Shown: positions 35,362 through 44,718 of the stretch, piece after piece
Layout of the letters: each line of letters starts with the position of its first letter
Position numbering within the stretch: the stretch's first letter is position 1
Source of the DNA: an uncultured Rhodospirillaceae bacterium
GTDB taxonomy: Bacteria > Pseudomonadota > Alphaproteobacteria > UBA8366 > GCA-2717185
Reading direction: 5' to 3'
Assembly (NCBI GenBank): GCA_964474755.1
Contig: CAYYUG010000003.1
Location: forward strand, 7,580-71,579
Length of the DNA: 64,000 bases
Made by a program: the position numbers and the translations under genes
The notes under the pieces: model-generated
The model's input: the letters and a program-made list of their open reading frames with translations, nothing else
Told to the model about the DNA's origin: nothing
The model's database searches: none

Positions 35362-36720
35362 TCAACTCCTGTCGAGAATTCCGGTAAGGCTATCACGATC
35401 TTCCAGTTGGCCGAGTGAGGCTGCCAGTGCGTCGGCTTCGGCGGTGCTGCGCGGCTGCATGCCAAACTGCGCGCAATCGCGAAACTTAGCGGCGACCTGA
35501 TCGTCTGACAACGGGTTCGCAATGGTGCCCGGTACATTTTCTAGATCGGCCTCTAACTTGGCACCGCTGGAGGTCTTCACTGTCACGCGCGCTGGGGCGA
35601 ACTTTCCGCTGTTAGCGTCATCGATACTGATATCCACTTTCTGGATGAACTCGGCAATCGCGGTATCGTTGACCGCGGCGTCCTGGATCTCAGCGATGCC
35701 GAGACGGCGGCGGAGCAGGGCGCTGGCGGCGGAGTAGTGAATGCTGAACTGGGCTGCTACCTGTGGATTATCCGATGGATCAAAGGCGTCACCGACCAGA
35801 CCGTTTGCAAAAGGTGAAAGCTCAATCTCGACGCGGTCAATTTGGTCGGGTGTCAGATCGTTGGCCTCCGCCACTTCAATCAAGAGGTCGATTGGGACAT
35901 GGTTTGCCGTGCAGCTCGGATATTTTTTGATGGCAGTTGCCAACGACTCGTAATGCGTACCGAGATCCTCGATCAAAGTTCCGACGTCGCCCTCACCATA
36001 GAGCGTGTGAAAACCGAACTTTCCCTCGACGGCTTGGCTCGGTCCGTTGATTCCAGCTGCCGCAAGCTGTGCTGAAAAGACACCCGCCTCTGCTGCGAAT
36101 CCAGATTGCGCTCGCTTGGCGAGGCTCTTCTCAAGCAAGGCCTGCTGTGTGCCACCGGCTCGACTCAGTGCTAGGCCAATCGCGTTCGCAATGCCCGCCT
36201 CGTCGAGGCCAAGCAGCTTACCCACCGCCGCGGCGGCGCCGAAGACGCCAAATACTGATGTATAAAACCAGCCTTTGTTGTGCAGATTGGCGGCACCGAA
36301 GCGGCAAGCGACTTCGTTGCCCAGCGCGACAGCGGCGAGGAAGGCCTTACCGTCGGCGTGGATTTGCTCGGCGATCGCCCAGGCGGCCGGGACGGTAACG
36401 ATATCGGGATGGACGGAACCGCGCTCGTACACCGAGTCGTAGTCCAGGGCAGCAGCGTGCAAGCCGTTGACGAAGGCCGCGCCACGGCTACTGACGCGTT
36501 CGCCGCTGGCCCACAATGTGCTGGTGCCAGTTGCACCTTCCGCCAGGATCGTCTCACGGGCCCCCTCGCAACCCGGTGCATCTGATCCTGCTAAGGCCAC
36601 GCCAACGGTGTCGAGGATCCGTTGTTTGGTAGCGGTTATAACCTCTGCTGGTAGCGCGCCGTAATCAGTGCTCGCCACGAAAACGGCGAGCGACTCGGTC
36701 GCGCTTGGTGAATCCGACAT
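35362..36720 (-). CDS. MmgE/PrpD-family protein (2-methylcitrate-dehydratase-like)
   Basis: ORF 35362..36765 trimmed to ATG 36720 (GAGGAG upstream). FVASTDYGALPAEVITATKQRILDTVGVALAG is a typical PF03972 N-terminus. Confidence 0.8.
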   Translation of the reverse strand: MSDSPSATESLAVFVASTDYGALPAEVITATKQRILDTVGVALAGSDAPGCEGARETILAEGATGTSTLWASGERVSSRGAAFVNGLHAAALDYDSVYERGSVHPDIVTVPAAWAIAEQIHADGKAFLAAVALGNEVACRFGAANLHNKGWFYTSVFGVFGAAAAVGKLLGLDEAGIANAIGLALSRAGGTQQALLEKSLAKRAQSGFAAEAGVFSAQLAAAGINGPSQAVEGKFGFHTLYGEGDVGTLIEDLGTHYESLATAIKKYPSCTANHVPIDLLIEVAEANDLTPDQIDRVEIELSPFANGLVGDAFDPSDNPQVAAQFSIHYSAASALLRRRLGIAEIQDAAVNDTAIAEFIQKVDISIDDANSGKFAPARVTVKTSSGAKLEADLENVPGTIANPLSDDQVAAKFRDCAQFGMQPRSTAEADALAASLGQLEDRDSLTGILDRS

Positions 36721-37149
36721 TCCGTACTGCTCCTCATTTCCGCTCTTTGCGGTAAGTGTCCACAAGATCGCCTTGATACGTCAAATTTGGTTTTCTGTGG
36801 CTTTAATCTAATTTTGTAGCGTAAGCGGGCTTAGACTTTATCTATTGATCCAAATAAAAGAACGCTGTGCGGACATCTGTTAATTGCAACGCTACGCGGC
36901 GGTCGCCACGGGGCGGACCTTTTGCCGCGCGGCTGCGCGCCTACATGTTTTGCATCCGCCGCTCAGCGAGACGATGGATTGGTTGCCATCACAGACTGTA
37001 ATGGAGTCCCACGGACGCTAGTCGATTGTTATGAATAGAATGTTCGGTTGTGTGATGGCGATGCCCTTTCGCGCGTCCAATATCGTTCGTCTATAAATGT
37101 CAGGCCTATGATATAGTGCACGCTATGTTTGGTGAAGGAGTGCTGCGAA

Positions 37150-39225
37150 ATGACTGCCGAGATCGTCCGTTCCGCCTGCCCGCATGACTGCCCGAGTGCT
37201 TGTGCGCTGGAGGTGGAGCGCCTGTCGCCTACGAGGATTGGCCGCATCCGCGGCAATCCGGACCTGCCTTTTACTGCTGGTGTGGTGTGTGAGAAGGTCG
37301 GGCGCTATGCGGAGCGAGTGCATCATCCCGATCGTTTAACGCACCCGTTGAAACGCGTTGGCGCAAAGGGTGAGGGCAGGTTCGAGCAGATTGGTTGGGA
37401 CGAGGCGCTCGACACCGTCTCGCTAGCCTTCAAGACCGCGGCGGAAAAGTACGGCTCGGAATCGGTCTGGCCCTATCACTCCGGCGGTACATTGGGTGTC
37501 GTTCAGCGCTACGGCATCGAGCGGATGAGCCGCCTTTTTAACTATTCCGGCATGACTGGAACAATTTGCGTGACCCCGGCGATGTCTGGTTGGGCGGCCG
37601 GTGTCGGTGGTCAGCGAGGGGTCGATCCATGCGAGGTCGAGGAAAGCGACCTGATAGTCGTCTGGGGTGGCAACCCGGTGCACACCAATGTCAATCTGAT
37701 GAGCCATATCCAGAAGGCTCGCAAGACGCGGGGGGCGAAGCTGGTTGTCGTCGATGTTTACCGCACATCGACCATGGCCGCAGCTGATATTGGTCTGGTG
37801 CTGCGGCCGGGCACCGACGCTGCGTTGGCTTGCGCAATGATGCAGGTGATGCTTGCAGAAGGCATGGTTGATGAGCCTTATCTTGCCGAGTATAGCGATT
37901 TTGATGATGAAGTCCGGACCCACCTAGCTGGCAAGACACCCAACTGGGCAGCAGCGATTACAGGATTGACAGTTGATGAGATCACGGCGTTTGCGCGACT
38001 TTATGGCAGGACGCAGAAGAGTTACATAAAATTCGGTGTGGGCTTCACGCGCAGCAGGAATGGCGCAACGAGTATGCATGCGGCAAGTGCATTACCTGCG
38101 ATGACCGGTGCCTGGCAGTATCGGGGTGGTGGGGCGTTTTGGGGCAGCTTCGATATTTGGGGTCTCGATACCACGTTAGCTCATGCCGATGATAAGGCAG
38201 GTAATGTGACGCGTATGCTGGACCAATCGCGGATCGGTGCAATCCTGAATGGACAGGAGGACGCGTTAGAAGGCGGACCGCCGGTAGCGGCAATGTTCAT
38301 CCAAAATTCGAATACCGCCTTGGTTGCAGCCGATAGTGCCGCGGTACGCCGCGGTTTATTGCGTGAGGATTTGTTCGTCTGCGTACATGAACAGTTCATG
38401 ACTGCGACGGCGCGGTATGCCGATATTCTGTTACCCGCTGCAATGTTTCTTGAGGTCGATGATATCTACAAGGGGTGGGGCCATACGGCGCTCACTGTCG
38501 GACCACGTGTGCTGGAACGGCATGCGGACTGCCGCAGCAATTTGGAAGTTGTCAATGCGCTAGCAAAACGGCTTGGTGCAGAACATCCTAGTTTAGACAT
38601 GTCTTCGGAGGAGCTCGTTGACGCCACACTTGATGCATCCAATTTGGGAGAATTGTCGATGATCAAAGAACAGGGTTGGGTAGATTGTTCACCTTCTTTC
38701 GAAGACGCGCATTTCCTTAGTGGATTTCGTCATTCTGACGGTCGTTTTCATTTCAAGCCCAACTGGTCGGAGATTGGTCCCTATCATGTGGGTATGCCCT
38801 CAATTGTGGATCATTGGGATGTAGTCGATACAGTGGGAGTGGACCGGCCGTTCCGCCTAGTCACGCCGCCACCAAGAACATATTTAAATAGCTCTTTCAC
38901 GGAAACGCCGGGATCGCAAAAGCGAGAGCGACGCCCGACAGCTATGATCCATCCGGTGGATGCCCAGAGTTGCGGTGTGGAAGACGGAGACATGGTGCGG
39001 CTCGGTAATGCGCGCGGCGATGTTGTTATGTACGCAAAGATATCCGATACGGCCAAGCAAGGCGTCGTGATCGCCGAAGGGGTCTGGCCGGATAATAATT
39101 TCGACCGGGGCATCGGTATCAATATGTTAATCGACGCCACCCCCGTCCCTCCCGCAGGAGGCTCGGCTTTTCATGACACAGCCATCTGGTTACGTCCGGA
39201 GGTGATGCAGGACGCCGCGGATTGA
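37150..39225 (+). CDS. molybdopterin (MopB/DMSO-reductase superfamily) oxidoreductase, cytoplasmic type
   Basis: ORF 37129..39225 trimmed to ATG 37150 (GAAGGAG upstream). It has an N-terminal 4Fe-4S Cys motif CPHDCPSACALEV...C, a molybdopterin-binding domain, and a C-terminal dinucleotide-binding barrel (VRLGNARGDV). There is no twin-arginine signal. Confidence 0.8.
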   Translation: MTAEIVRSACPHDCPSACALEVERLSPTRIGRIRGNPDLPFTAGVVCEKVGRYAERVHHPDRLTHPLKRVGAKGEGRFEQIGWDEALDTVSLAFKTAAEKYGSESVWPYHSGGTLGVVQRYGIERMSRLFNYSGMTGTICVTPAMSGWAAGVGGQRGVDPCEVEESDLIVVWGGNPVHTNVNLMSHIQKARKTRGAKLVVVDVYRTSTMAAADIGLVLRPGTDAALACAMMQVMLAEGMVDEPYLAEYSDFDDEVRTHLAGKTPNWAAAITGLTVDEITAFARLYGRTQKSYIKFGVGFTRSRNGATSMHAASALPAMTGAWQYRGGGAFWGSFDIWGLDTTLAHADDKAGNVTRMLDQSRIGAILNGQEDALEGGPPVAAMFIQNSNTALVAADSAAVRRGLLREDLFVCVHEQFMTATARYADILLPAAMFLEVDDIYKGWGHTALTVGPRVLERHADCRSNLEVVNALAKRLGAEHPSLDMSSEELVDATLDASNLGELSMIKEQGWVDCSPSFEDAHFLSGFRHSDGRFHFKPNWSEIGPYHVGMPSIVDHWDVVDTVGVDRPFRLVTPPPRTYLNSSFTETPGSQKRERRPTAMIHPVDAQSCGVEDGDMVRLGNARGDVVMYAKISDTAKQGVVIAEGVWPDNNFDRGIGINMLIDATPVPPAGGSAFHDTAIWLRPEVMQDAAD

Positions 39226-39244
39226 GGGACATCGACGGGTAGAT

Positions 39245-40813
39245 TTAGGCGAATGCTGTTGGTCTTGGGCTAATATCGTCTAGTGACATCATCTCTCGTG
39301 CCAGGCGTTCCATAAGTTCTGCTTGTTGGCTAACCGCTTCCGGTATTCCAAATAGGTTTCGCATTTCGCCTGGATCTTCGGAATGGTCAAAAAATTCGCC
39401 ATGCTCGAGGCCATCATAAATGGTTAAACGGTCATTCTTTGTAAGCAAGGTGCGCATACGCAGAGACTTTCCGGTATGGACCATGTCATGTATCTGATCT
39501 TCTTCGATCAATATCGTTTCCCGCAGCGTTGCATTAGGATCGTCTAGTAAGGGTGTAATGTCATGACTTTGCATTCCACGATGGGCTTCGACGCCGGCTA
39601 ATGATAGGATCGTTGCAGCCAAATCGATCGACCCGACCAAGTTTTTACAGACACCTGCAGCACGTCCAGGCGTCTTAACAAGAAGAGGGATGCGGGTGCA
39701 GCCCTCGTAGTGCATTGCGCCTTTCAGCATCATGCCGTGGTCACCGAACATATCGCCATGATCTGATGTGAATATTACGATTGTTTCGCTGGCCAACCCG
39801 GTCTCGTCCAAGGTTTGAAAGATCCGGCCGATCGCGTCGTCGACCATGGAGATCATGCCGTAAGCTTTTGCTGCCATCTCTCGATATTCTGCTTCGGTGG
39901 GGGAGAACGGGTTAACGTGTGACTTTAGTGGTTGGCCGCGCTTTCGCTGCATCCGTTTGTATTGTGGTGTCGAGTGCTCGTGCGGATCGTCGAAGCACGA
40001 CGGCAAGGAGACGTCGGCCGCGTCGTACATATCGTAGTATTTTCCGGGCGGGGTAAACGGATGGTGCGGATCTGGATAGGAACAAACGACAAAGAAAGGC
40101 TTGTCTATTTGCGTTTTGGCATGTCGACACAAGAAATCCTGGGTTCGCTCGGTGATGTATGAGGTTGGGTAGATGTCCTCCGGCAAGGAAGTTCGCCAAA
40201 CGTGATGCGATGGTTGCGATACTTCGATGGCATTGGAAGCACCGCGCAATTTTGTTAAATCGACACCGCGTTGCCGCGCCCAATGGAAATAGTGGCCGGT
40301 GCATCCGTCGGAATGCCCGACAGACAGGTCGACATGGGTAAACCCGTAATAGTCGTCCGGCATTTCGACTAGTTCGGCGAGGTGCCTATTAATGTCTTCA
40401 AAGAGATCCCAACCTTCCGGAAAATTTTCAATTCGAGCATCATGAGGTGGCAGATCGGGTAGGGCACGGGCGATCTGCTCTGGTGAGCTTCCCATATTTT
40501 GAAGATGGCATTTTCCGATATGCGCTGTTTGGTATCCTGCCTCCCTCAGGCTGCGCGGAAAGGTCCTTGCACGGGGATCGAGGGGGATGCCGTTGTAGCG
40601 CGTACCATGTAGCGAAGGCATACGGCCAGTGAAAATCGTAGATCGGTTCGGCATGCAAATTGGGTTGGCGACATAGGCGCGGTCGAAACGCATAGCTTGT
40701 GCAGCCAAGGCATCGAGGTTTGGTGTCTGGACGATTGAATTGCCGCCAAACCCCGTAAAGTCCGGGCGATGCTGGTCTGTCATCAATAAAAGAATATTGG
40801 GGCGCTTACTCAT
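39245..40813 (-). CDS. Cys-type sulfatase (arylsulfatase family)
   Basis: 522-aa ORF. PNILLLMTDQHR and the formylglycine site C-M-P-N-R-S (PICMPNRSTIFTG) are typical of PF00884. There is no N-terminal signal peptide. Confidence 0.85.
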   Translation of the reverse strand: MSKRPNILLLMTDQHRPDFTGFGGNSIVQTPNLDALAAQAMRFDRAYVANPICMPNRSTIFTGRMPSLHGTRYNGIPLDPRARTFPRSLREAGYQTAHIGKCHLQNMGSSPEQIARALPDLPPHDARIENFPEGWDLFEDINRHLAELVEMPDDYYGFTHVDLSVGHSDGCTGHYFHWARQRGVDLTKLRGASNAIEVSQPSHHVWRTSLPEDIYPTSYITERTQDFLCRHAKTQIDKPFFVVCSYPDPHHPFTPPGKYYDMYDAADVSLPSCFDDPHEHSTPQYKRMQRKRGQPLKSHVNPFSPTEAEYREMAAKAYGMISMVDDAIGRIFQTLDETGLASETIVIFTSDHGDMFGDHGMMLKGAMHYEGCTRIPLLVKTPGRAAGVCKNLVGSIDLAATILSLAGVEAHRGMQSHDITPLLDDPNATLRETILIEEDQIHDMVHTGKSLRMRTLLTKNDRLTIYDGLEHGEFFDHSEDPGEMRNLFGIPEAVSQQAELMERLAREMMSLDDISPRPTAFA

Positions 40814-41052
40814 GGCGGAGACTCCGACGACAATGCAAGACTGCAGATTGTAAGATATGTTGAAATTAACGCCCGATACCGTTCAGTAAACAACGCACAG
40901 GTCGTTTGCTTCATCCGACCGGCGCAGGCGCCGTTTGGTTAAAAGAACGCTCCGAGCGCCCAATGCTTTCCGTCACAATGATCGGCCTACGCGTACTTGA
41001 GCTAGGTCAGTATTTTCTAAAACGACGCGGTAGGCGCAACTAAGGCTTCGCC

Positions 41053-41982
41053 CTATTTCCCTTCCTCCTTGGGCGCAATATTTGGGATTCCTTGCATTAA
41101 ACCTTCCGGTACCATGCTGATAAGTTCATCGACTGTGAACATGCCATTTTCATCTTGCTTGTAGATTGAACGGGCTTCTTCACCAAAATAGTAGGTGTGG
41201 ATACGAGAGCGTTCTGCGTGGAATATCTGGCCGTTGACGTCCTCTGCCGCACCTGTCGCCAAATAGGCAACCATCGGGGCGACATATTCAGGGCCTGGCA
41301 TTGCCATACGAGCATCGTACTGAGCTTGCGTTAGCAAGCCGGCGTCGAGACGCCGTTTCCAACCGGCGATAACTGCATCGTTCACGGTCATCCTTGTTGC
41401 TGCCATTGGGCACATGGCGTTCGCTGTGATGCCGTAACGACCGCATTCTCGCGCTATGGAGCGGGTCAATCCGATGATGCCAGCTTTGGCAGCAGAGTAG
41501 TTGCACTGTCCTACGGCGCCCTTAAATGCATCTGAGGAGAAGTTAATGATCCGGCCGTAGCGCGCAGAACGCATTACCTTTGTTGCGTGATGACACATGT
41601 TCCAATGGCCCTTGAGATGGACCGAGATGACTTGATCAAAATCCTCTTCGGTCATATTCCAGATCATGCGTTCGCGTAGCATACCGGCGACGTTTACAAG
41701 AATGTCGAGCTTCCCAAACATGTCTAAACTGCTCTTTACCATTCGTCCGGCATTGGCGTAGTCGGCAACGGAATCGTAGTTTGCTATTGCGGCGCCGCCT
41801 GCGGCCTTGATTTCCGCAACGACTTCGTCGGCAGGCTTGTCTTCCGTTGCTTCACCACCACGCCCGACGCCGGGATCATTGACGACTACGCTGGCGCCTT
41901 CTTTCGCGAGTAACAAGGCAACTTCTTTGCCAATGCCTCGGCCGGCACCAGTGACAATTGCAGACTTTCCTTCGAGGTTCAT
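41053..41982 (-). CDS. SDR-family oxidoreductase (MFE-2 / hydroxysteroid-dehydrogenase-like)
   Basis: 309-aa ORF with SAIVTGAGRGIGKE, NVAG and YSAAK. Confidence 0.8.
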   Translation of the reverse strand: MNLEGKSAIVTGAGRGIGKEVALLLAKEGASVVVNDPGVGRGGEATEDKPADEVVAEIKAAGGAAIANYDSVADYANAGRMVKSSLDMFGKLDILVNVAGMLRERMIWNMTEEDFDQVISVHLKGHWNMCHHATKVMRSARYGRIINFSSDAFKGAVGQCNYSAAKAGIIGLTRSIARECGRYGITANAMCPMAATRMTVNDAVIAGWKRRLDAGLLTQAQYDARMAMPGPEYVAPMVAYLATGAAEDVNGQIFHAERSRIHTYYFGEEARSIYKQDENGMFTVDELISMVPEGLMQGIPNIAPKEEGK

Positions 41983-42056
41983 TCGGTTTCTCCTAACAAG
42001 AACTATCGATTTTAGATGGGTTTTTTCGCCTGCGGTTTCACTGTCTACGGATGGAG

Positions 42057-43550
42057 CTATCGAGTCTCACCGAGGGGATTGAGCCGGACGCCAGCACGTA
42101 ACCGCTTCCAAGGCAAATTCGCCGGGTCAGCTACCATTGGGCCTGGTGCGGCACAGACAAGGATTTCCTCGGCGATAGGCGCGAAGTCGGCACGGAAATG
42201 TACAGAGCTTTTGTTAACCAAGATATTTTCCTCGGTGGGTTCGATACCGACGAAGCGGTACATTGCTTGGTCTGCGAGTTGAACTTTGTTGCAGGCCAGA
42301 ACAACTCGGGTTCCACCCACTTTTAGGCAGGCGGATGGTCCAAGGTTAAACTTTGCACCTTTGTAAAAGGGACCAGTCGCATCGAAGCGTCCATCATGCA
42401 AATTTTCCACAGTGTATAGGGCCTCGAACGGGTCGTCACCGTCGAACCCAGAATGACCGCCAAAACTCAAATTGACTTCAGCGCCAATACCGGCGCGATG
42501 GGCGATTTCCGCCGCAGTCGTATCGACCATCAGGCCAAGCGCAGCCTTTTCGGCGCGATTTTCGACTAGTGCGCGGAGCATACCAGCGGTATTGCTATCT
42601 CCACCGGCGCCAGGATTGTCTTGGGTGTCGGCGATAACCACTGGTCGAGTTGCAGATGCCGCGAGGCGCATTGCCTCTTGCACGCCACTGTGTGGATCGT
42701 AGATCGTCCCAGCGAACGCCGCCTCCAGGTCATTCACGTCTTCGGACAGACGTTGACAGGATGAGCGCGCGGCCACTTCGGTCCATCCATAAGTAAAAAC
42801 AGATGGTCCGCAATGATGGATATCCGCGGCGGGAAAACCAGGCGTGAATGATGCGTGCATCACATCCCCTTGCTCTATTTCTGCTAGACGCTGATAGAGA
42901 CCTTGAGCAGGTTGCATCATGGTGCACTGCCAGTTCAGTGGAATAAGAAAATCCATTTGCTGAAAGGCTTTGGCTGGCTTTTGGCCGCGTTGAAACATTT
43001 CATGCAGGAGACGGGCGGTACGAGCGCCAGTATCCGCCATATCGACATGCGGATAGGTGCGGTATGCGACCAGAAGGTCAGCATAGGCAATCATCTCCGG
43101 TGTCGTATTGCAATGCAAGTCGAGGCTGGCAACCAGCGGCATGTCTGGACCTATATAATCACGTACGCGCCGCAGCAATTCGCCTTCGCCGTCCTGCAAA
43201 TGTTCGGTCACCATGGCGCCATGCAGACAAAGATAAACCGCGTCTAAGGTTGGGGCGCTTTTCAAGCCATCAAGAATTAGTCCGGTAATGTGCTCGAACG
43301 CATGTTCTGTTACCACGTCCGACGGCGCTGCCGCACCCCAAGTTAGAGCCGTGACATGGTGGTCAAGTGCTTCAATTTGTTCGACAAAGCCAGCGATAGG
43401 CAGGTTTTTGCCCTTTACCCTCGGGAACATGTCCGGCCCGGTGGTGAGAGGCGGTCGGCTGCCACCTGTTGTGAAGGCCTTTAAATCCGCTTTTGTCGGT
43501 GCGAAGGTATTGGTTTCGTGTTGGATGCCTCCGATGGCGATGAGCGCCAT
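42057..43550 (-). CDS. M81-family metallopeptidase (MlrC, microcystinase-C-like)
   Basis: 497-aa ORF. MALIAIGGIQHETNTFAP is the characteristic MlrC N-terminus (PF07364/PF07171). Confidence 0.75.
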   Translation of the reverse strand: MALIAIGGIQHETNTFAPTKADLKAFTTGGSRPPLTTGPDMFPRVKGKNLPIAGFVEQIEALDHHVTALTWGAAAPSDVVTEHAFEHITGLILDGLKSAPTLDAVYLCLHGAMVTEHLQDGEGELLRRVRDYIGPDMPLVASLDLHCNTTPEMIAYADLLVAYRTYPHVDMADTGARTARLLHEMFQRGQKPAKAFQQMDFLIPLNWQCTMMQPAQGLYQRLAEIEQGDVMHASFTPGFPAADIHHCGPSVFTYGWTEVAARSSCQRLSEDVNDLEAAFAGTIYDPHSGVQEAMRLAASATRPVVIADTQDNPGAGGDSNTAGMLRALVENRAEKAALGLMVDTTAAEIAHRAGIGAEVNLSFGGHSGFDGDDPFEALYTVENLHDGRFDATGPFYKGAKFNLGPSACLKVGGTRVVLACNKVQLADQAMYRFVGIEPTEENILVNKSSVHFRADFAPIAEEILVCAAPGPMVADPANLPWKRLRAGVRLNPLGETR

Positions 43551-43583
43551 AGCGTTTCTCCCACAATTTGTTGCCTTGACGTA

Positions 43584-44435
43584 TCAGTGAAACAGCGTTC
43601 CGCCGTTAACATTATACGCTTGGCCGGTAATCATTGCCGCCTCATTGGAGGATAAGAAGCCAATCAGGTTGGCCACATCTTCGGATTCTACGATCCGCCC
43701 GAGTGGATTTACTTGACCGAGTTGCTCGACGAGCTGCGCTCTGTATGTCTCCAGTGGGATCCCTTGACGTTCGGCAGCCTCCTGTTCCTGATAGCTCATC
43801 CGATCCGTATTGACGCTTCCGGGGCACACGGAGTTGACGGTTATTTGATGTGGCGCTAGGTCAAGGGCGGCGCACTGAGCCAAGCCGAGTAGTCCAAACT
43901 TTGTGGCGGAATATGCGCTACTTGTCGCCTTGCCACGCTTGGAGGCATCCGAGGCAGTATTGATAATACGACCGCCCTTACCGCGTTCTATCATGTGAGG
44001 AGCGGTAAATTTTATAGTCAGATAGACGGCAGTGAGGTTAATGTTGAGGAAGTGTTGCCATTCGCTTTCGTCTAGCTCCCAAACTGGCACTCGGTCTTTG
44101 CCAATGATTGCGCGTGCATTGTTTACCAGGATATCTATTTTACCGAACTGACCGATAACCGTATCGATGAGATCTCGTATCTCTGTGCTAATAGAAAGGT
44201 CACAGGCAACCGTCAGACATTTTCGTCCTTGGTCGCGAACTTCATTGGCGACGCTCTCAATCCCTTGCCATTTGTCTCCGCGTTCCAGCGGTGGCAGATC
44301 AGATTGTGAGCGTGAGACATCAGTTAATGCTATATCCGCCCCGAGAGCGGCAAGCTTGAGCGCTGTGGCGCGACCAATTCCTTTGCGTCCTCCAGCACCT
44401 GTGATCAGCGCGACTTTTCCTTCGAGCCCCGACAT
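43584..44435 (-). CDS. SDR-family oxidoreductase
   Basis: 283-aa ORF with VALITGAGGRKGIG, NNAR and YSATK. Confidence 0.8.
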   Translation of the reverse strand: MSGLEGKVALITGAGGRKGIGRATALKLAALGADIALTDVSRSQSDLPPLERGDKWQGIESVANEVRDQGRKCLTVACDLSISTEIRDLIDTVIGQFGKIDILVNNARAIIGKDRVPVWELDESEWQHFLNINLTAVYLTIKFTAPHMIERGKGGRIINTASDASKRGKATSSAYSATKFGLLGLAQCAALDLAPHQITVNSVCPGSVNTDRMSYQEQEAAERQGIPLETYRAQLVEQLGQVNPLGRIVESEDVANLIGFLSSNEAAMITGQAYNVNGGTLFH

Positions 44436-44602
44436 ACATTCTTCCTTTGCAATCGCTAAAGCACATTCTCTTTCAATGAGATACGATATTTTTGTATTGA
44501 GTTACGTAAAACAGAGTTGGAGAAGATCATTATAAGCATGGACGATATTCAGCACATAATTTATGAGCCAGAGGCTACTCGCGCTCGTGGTCGAGCAAGT
44601 TG

Positions 44603-44625
44603 CGATCAGGTTAGGAACCTGATCG
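44603..44625. promoter_or_regulatory. perfect 10-bp inverted repeat CGATCAGGTT-agg-AACCTGATCG in a divergent promoter region
   Basis: Read directly from the sequence. It lies about 95 nt upstream of the GGT-like start (44719) and about 170 nt from the SDR start (44435). It is a candidate operator or hairpin. Confidence 0.35.
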
Positions 44626-44718
44626 GCTTACAAAAATGCCTGCGCTAGTTAAAAGGGTTTTCGCTCAGACTTCGGCATCGGGTACTCTTCGGCTCCAAAG
44701 GATGGATAAGGACGCAAC

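Noticed and set aside
34477-35537. Long N-terminal extensions of the two tandem TauD ORFs (34477..34617 and 35358..35537)
   Set aside because: Both extensions overlap the 3' end of the upstream gene and are Arg/Ala/Pro-rich. Internal ATGs at 34476 and 35357 give proteins of normal TauD length starting just after the upstream stop.
36895-36929. GC-rich hairpin GGTCGCC-acgg-GGCGGACC followed by TTTT, as a terminator, sRNA 3' end or attenuator before the molybdoenzyme gene. A Moco riboswitch was also considered for 36766..37149.
   Set aside because: The flanks CGCGGC/GCCGCG pair across the T run, making a longer imperfect hairpin rather than a stem plus free U-tract. No co-oriented upstream gene or promoter is evident. 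I could not recognise the conserved Moco-motif features by eye, so no claim is made.
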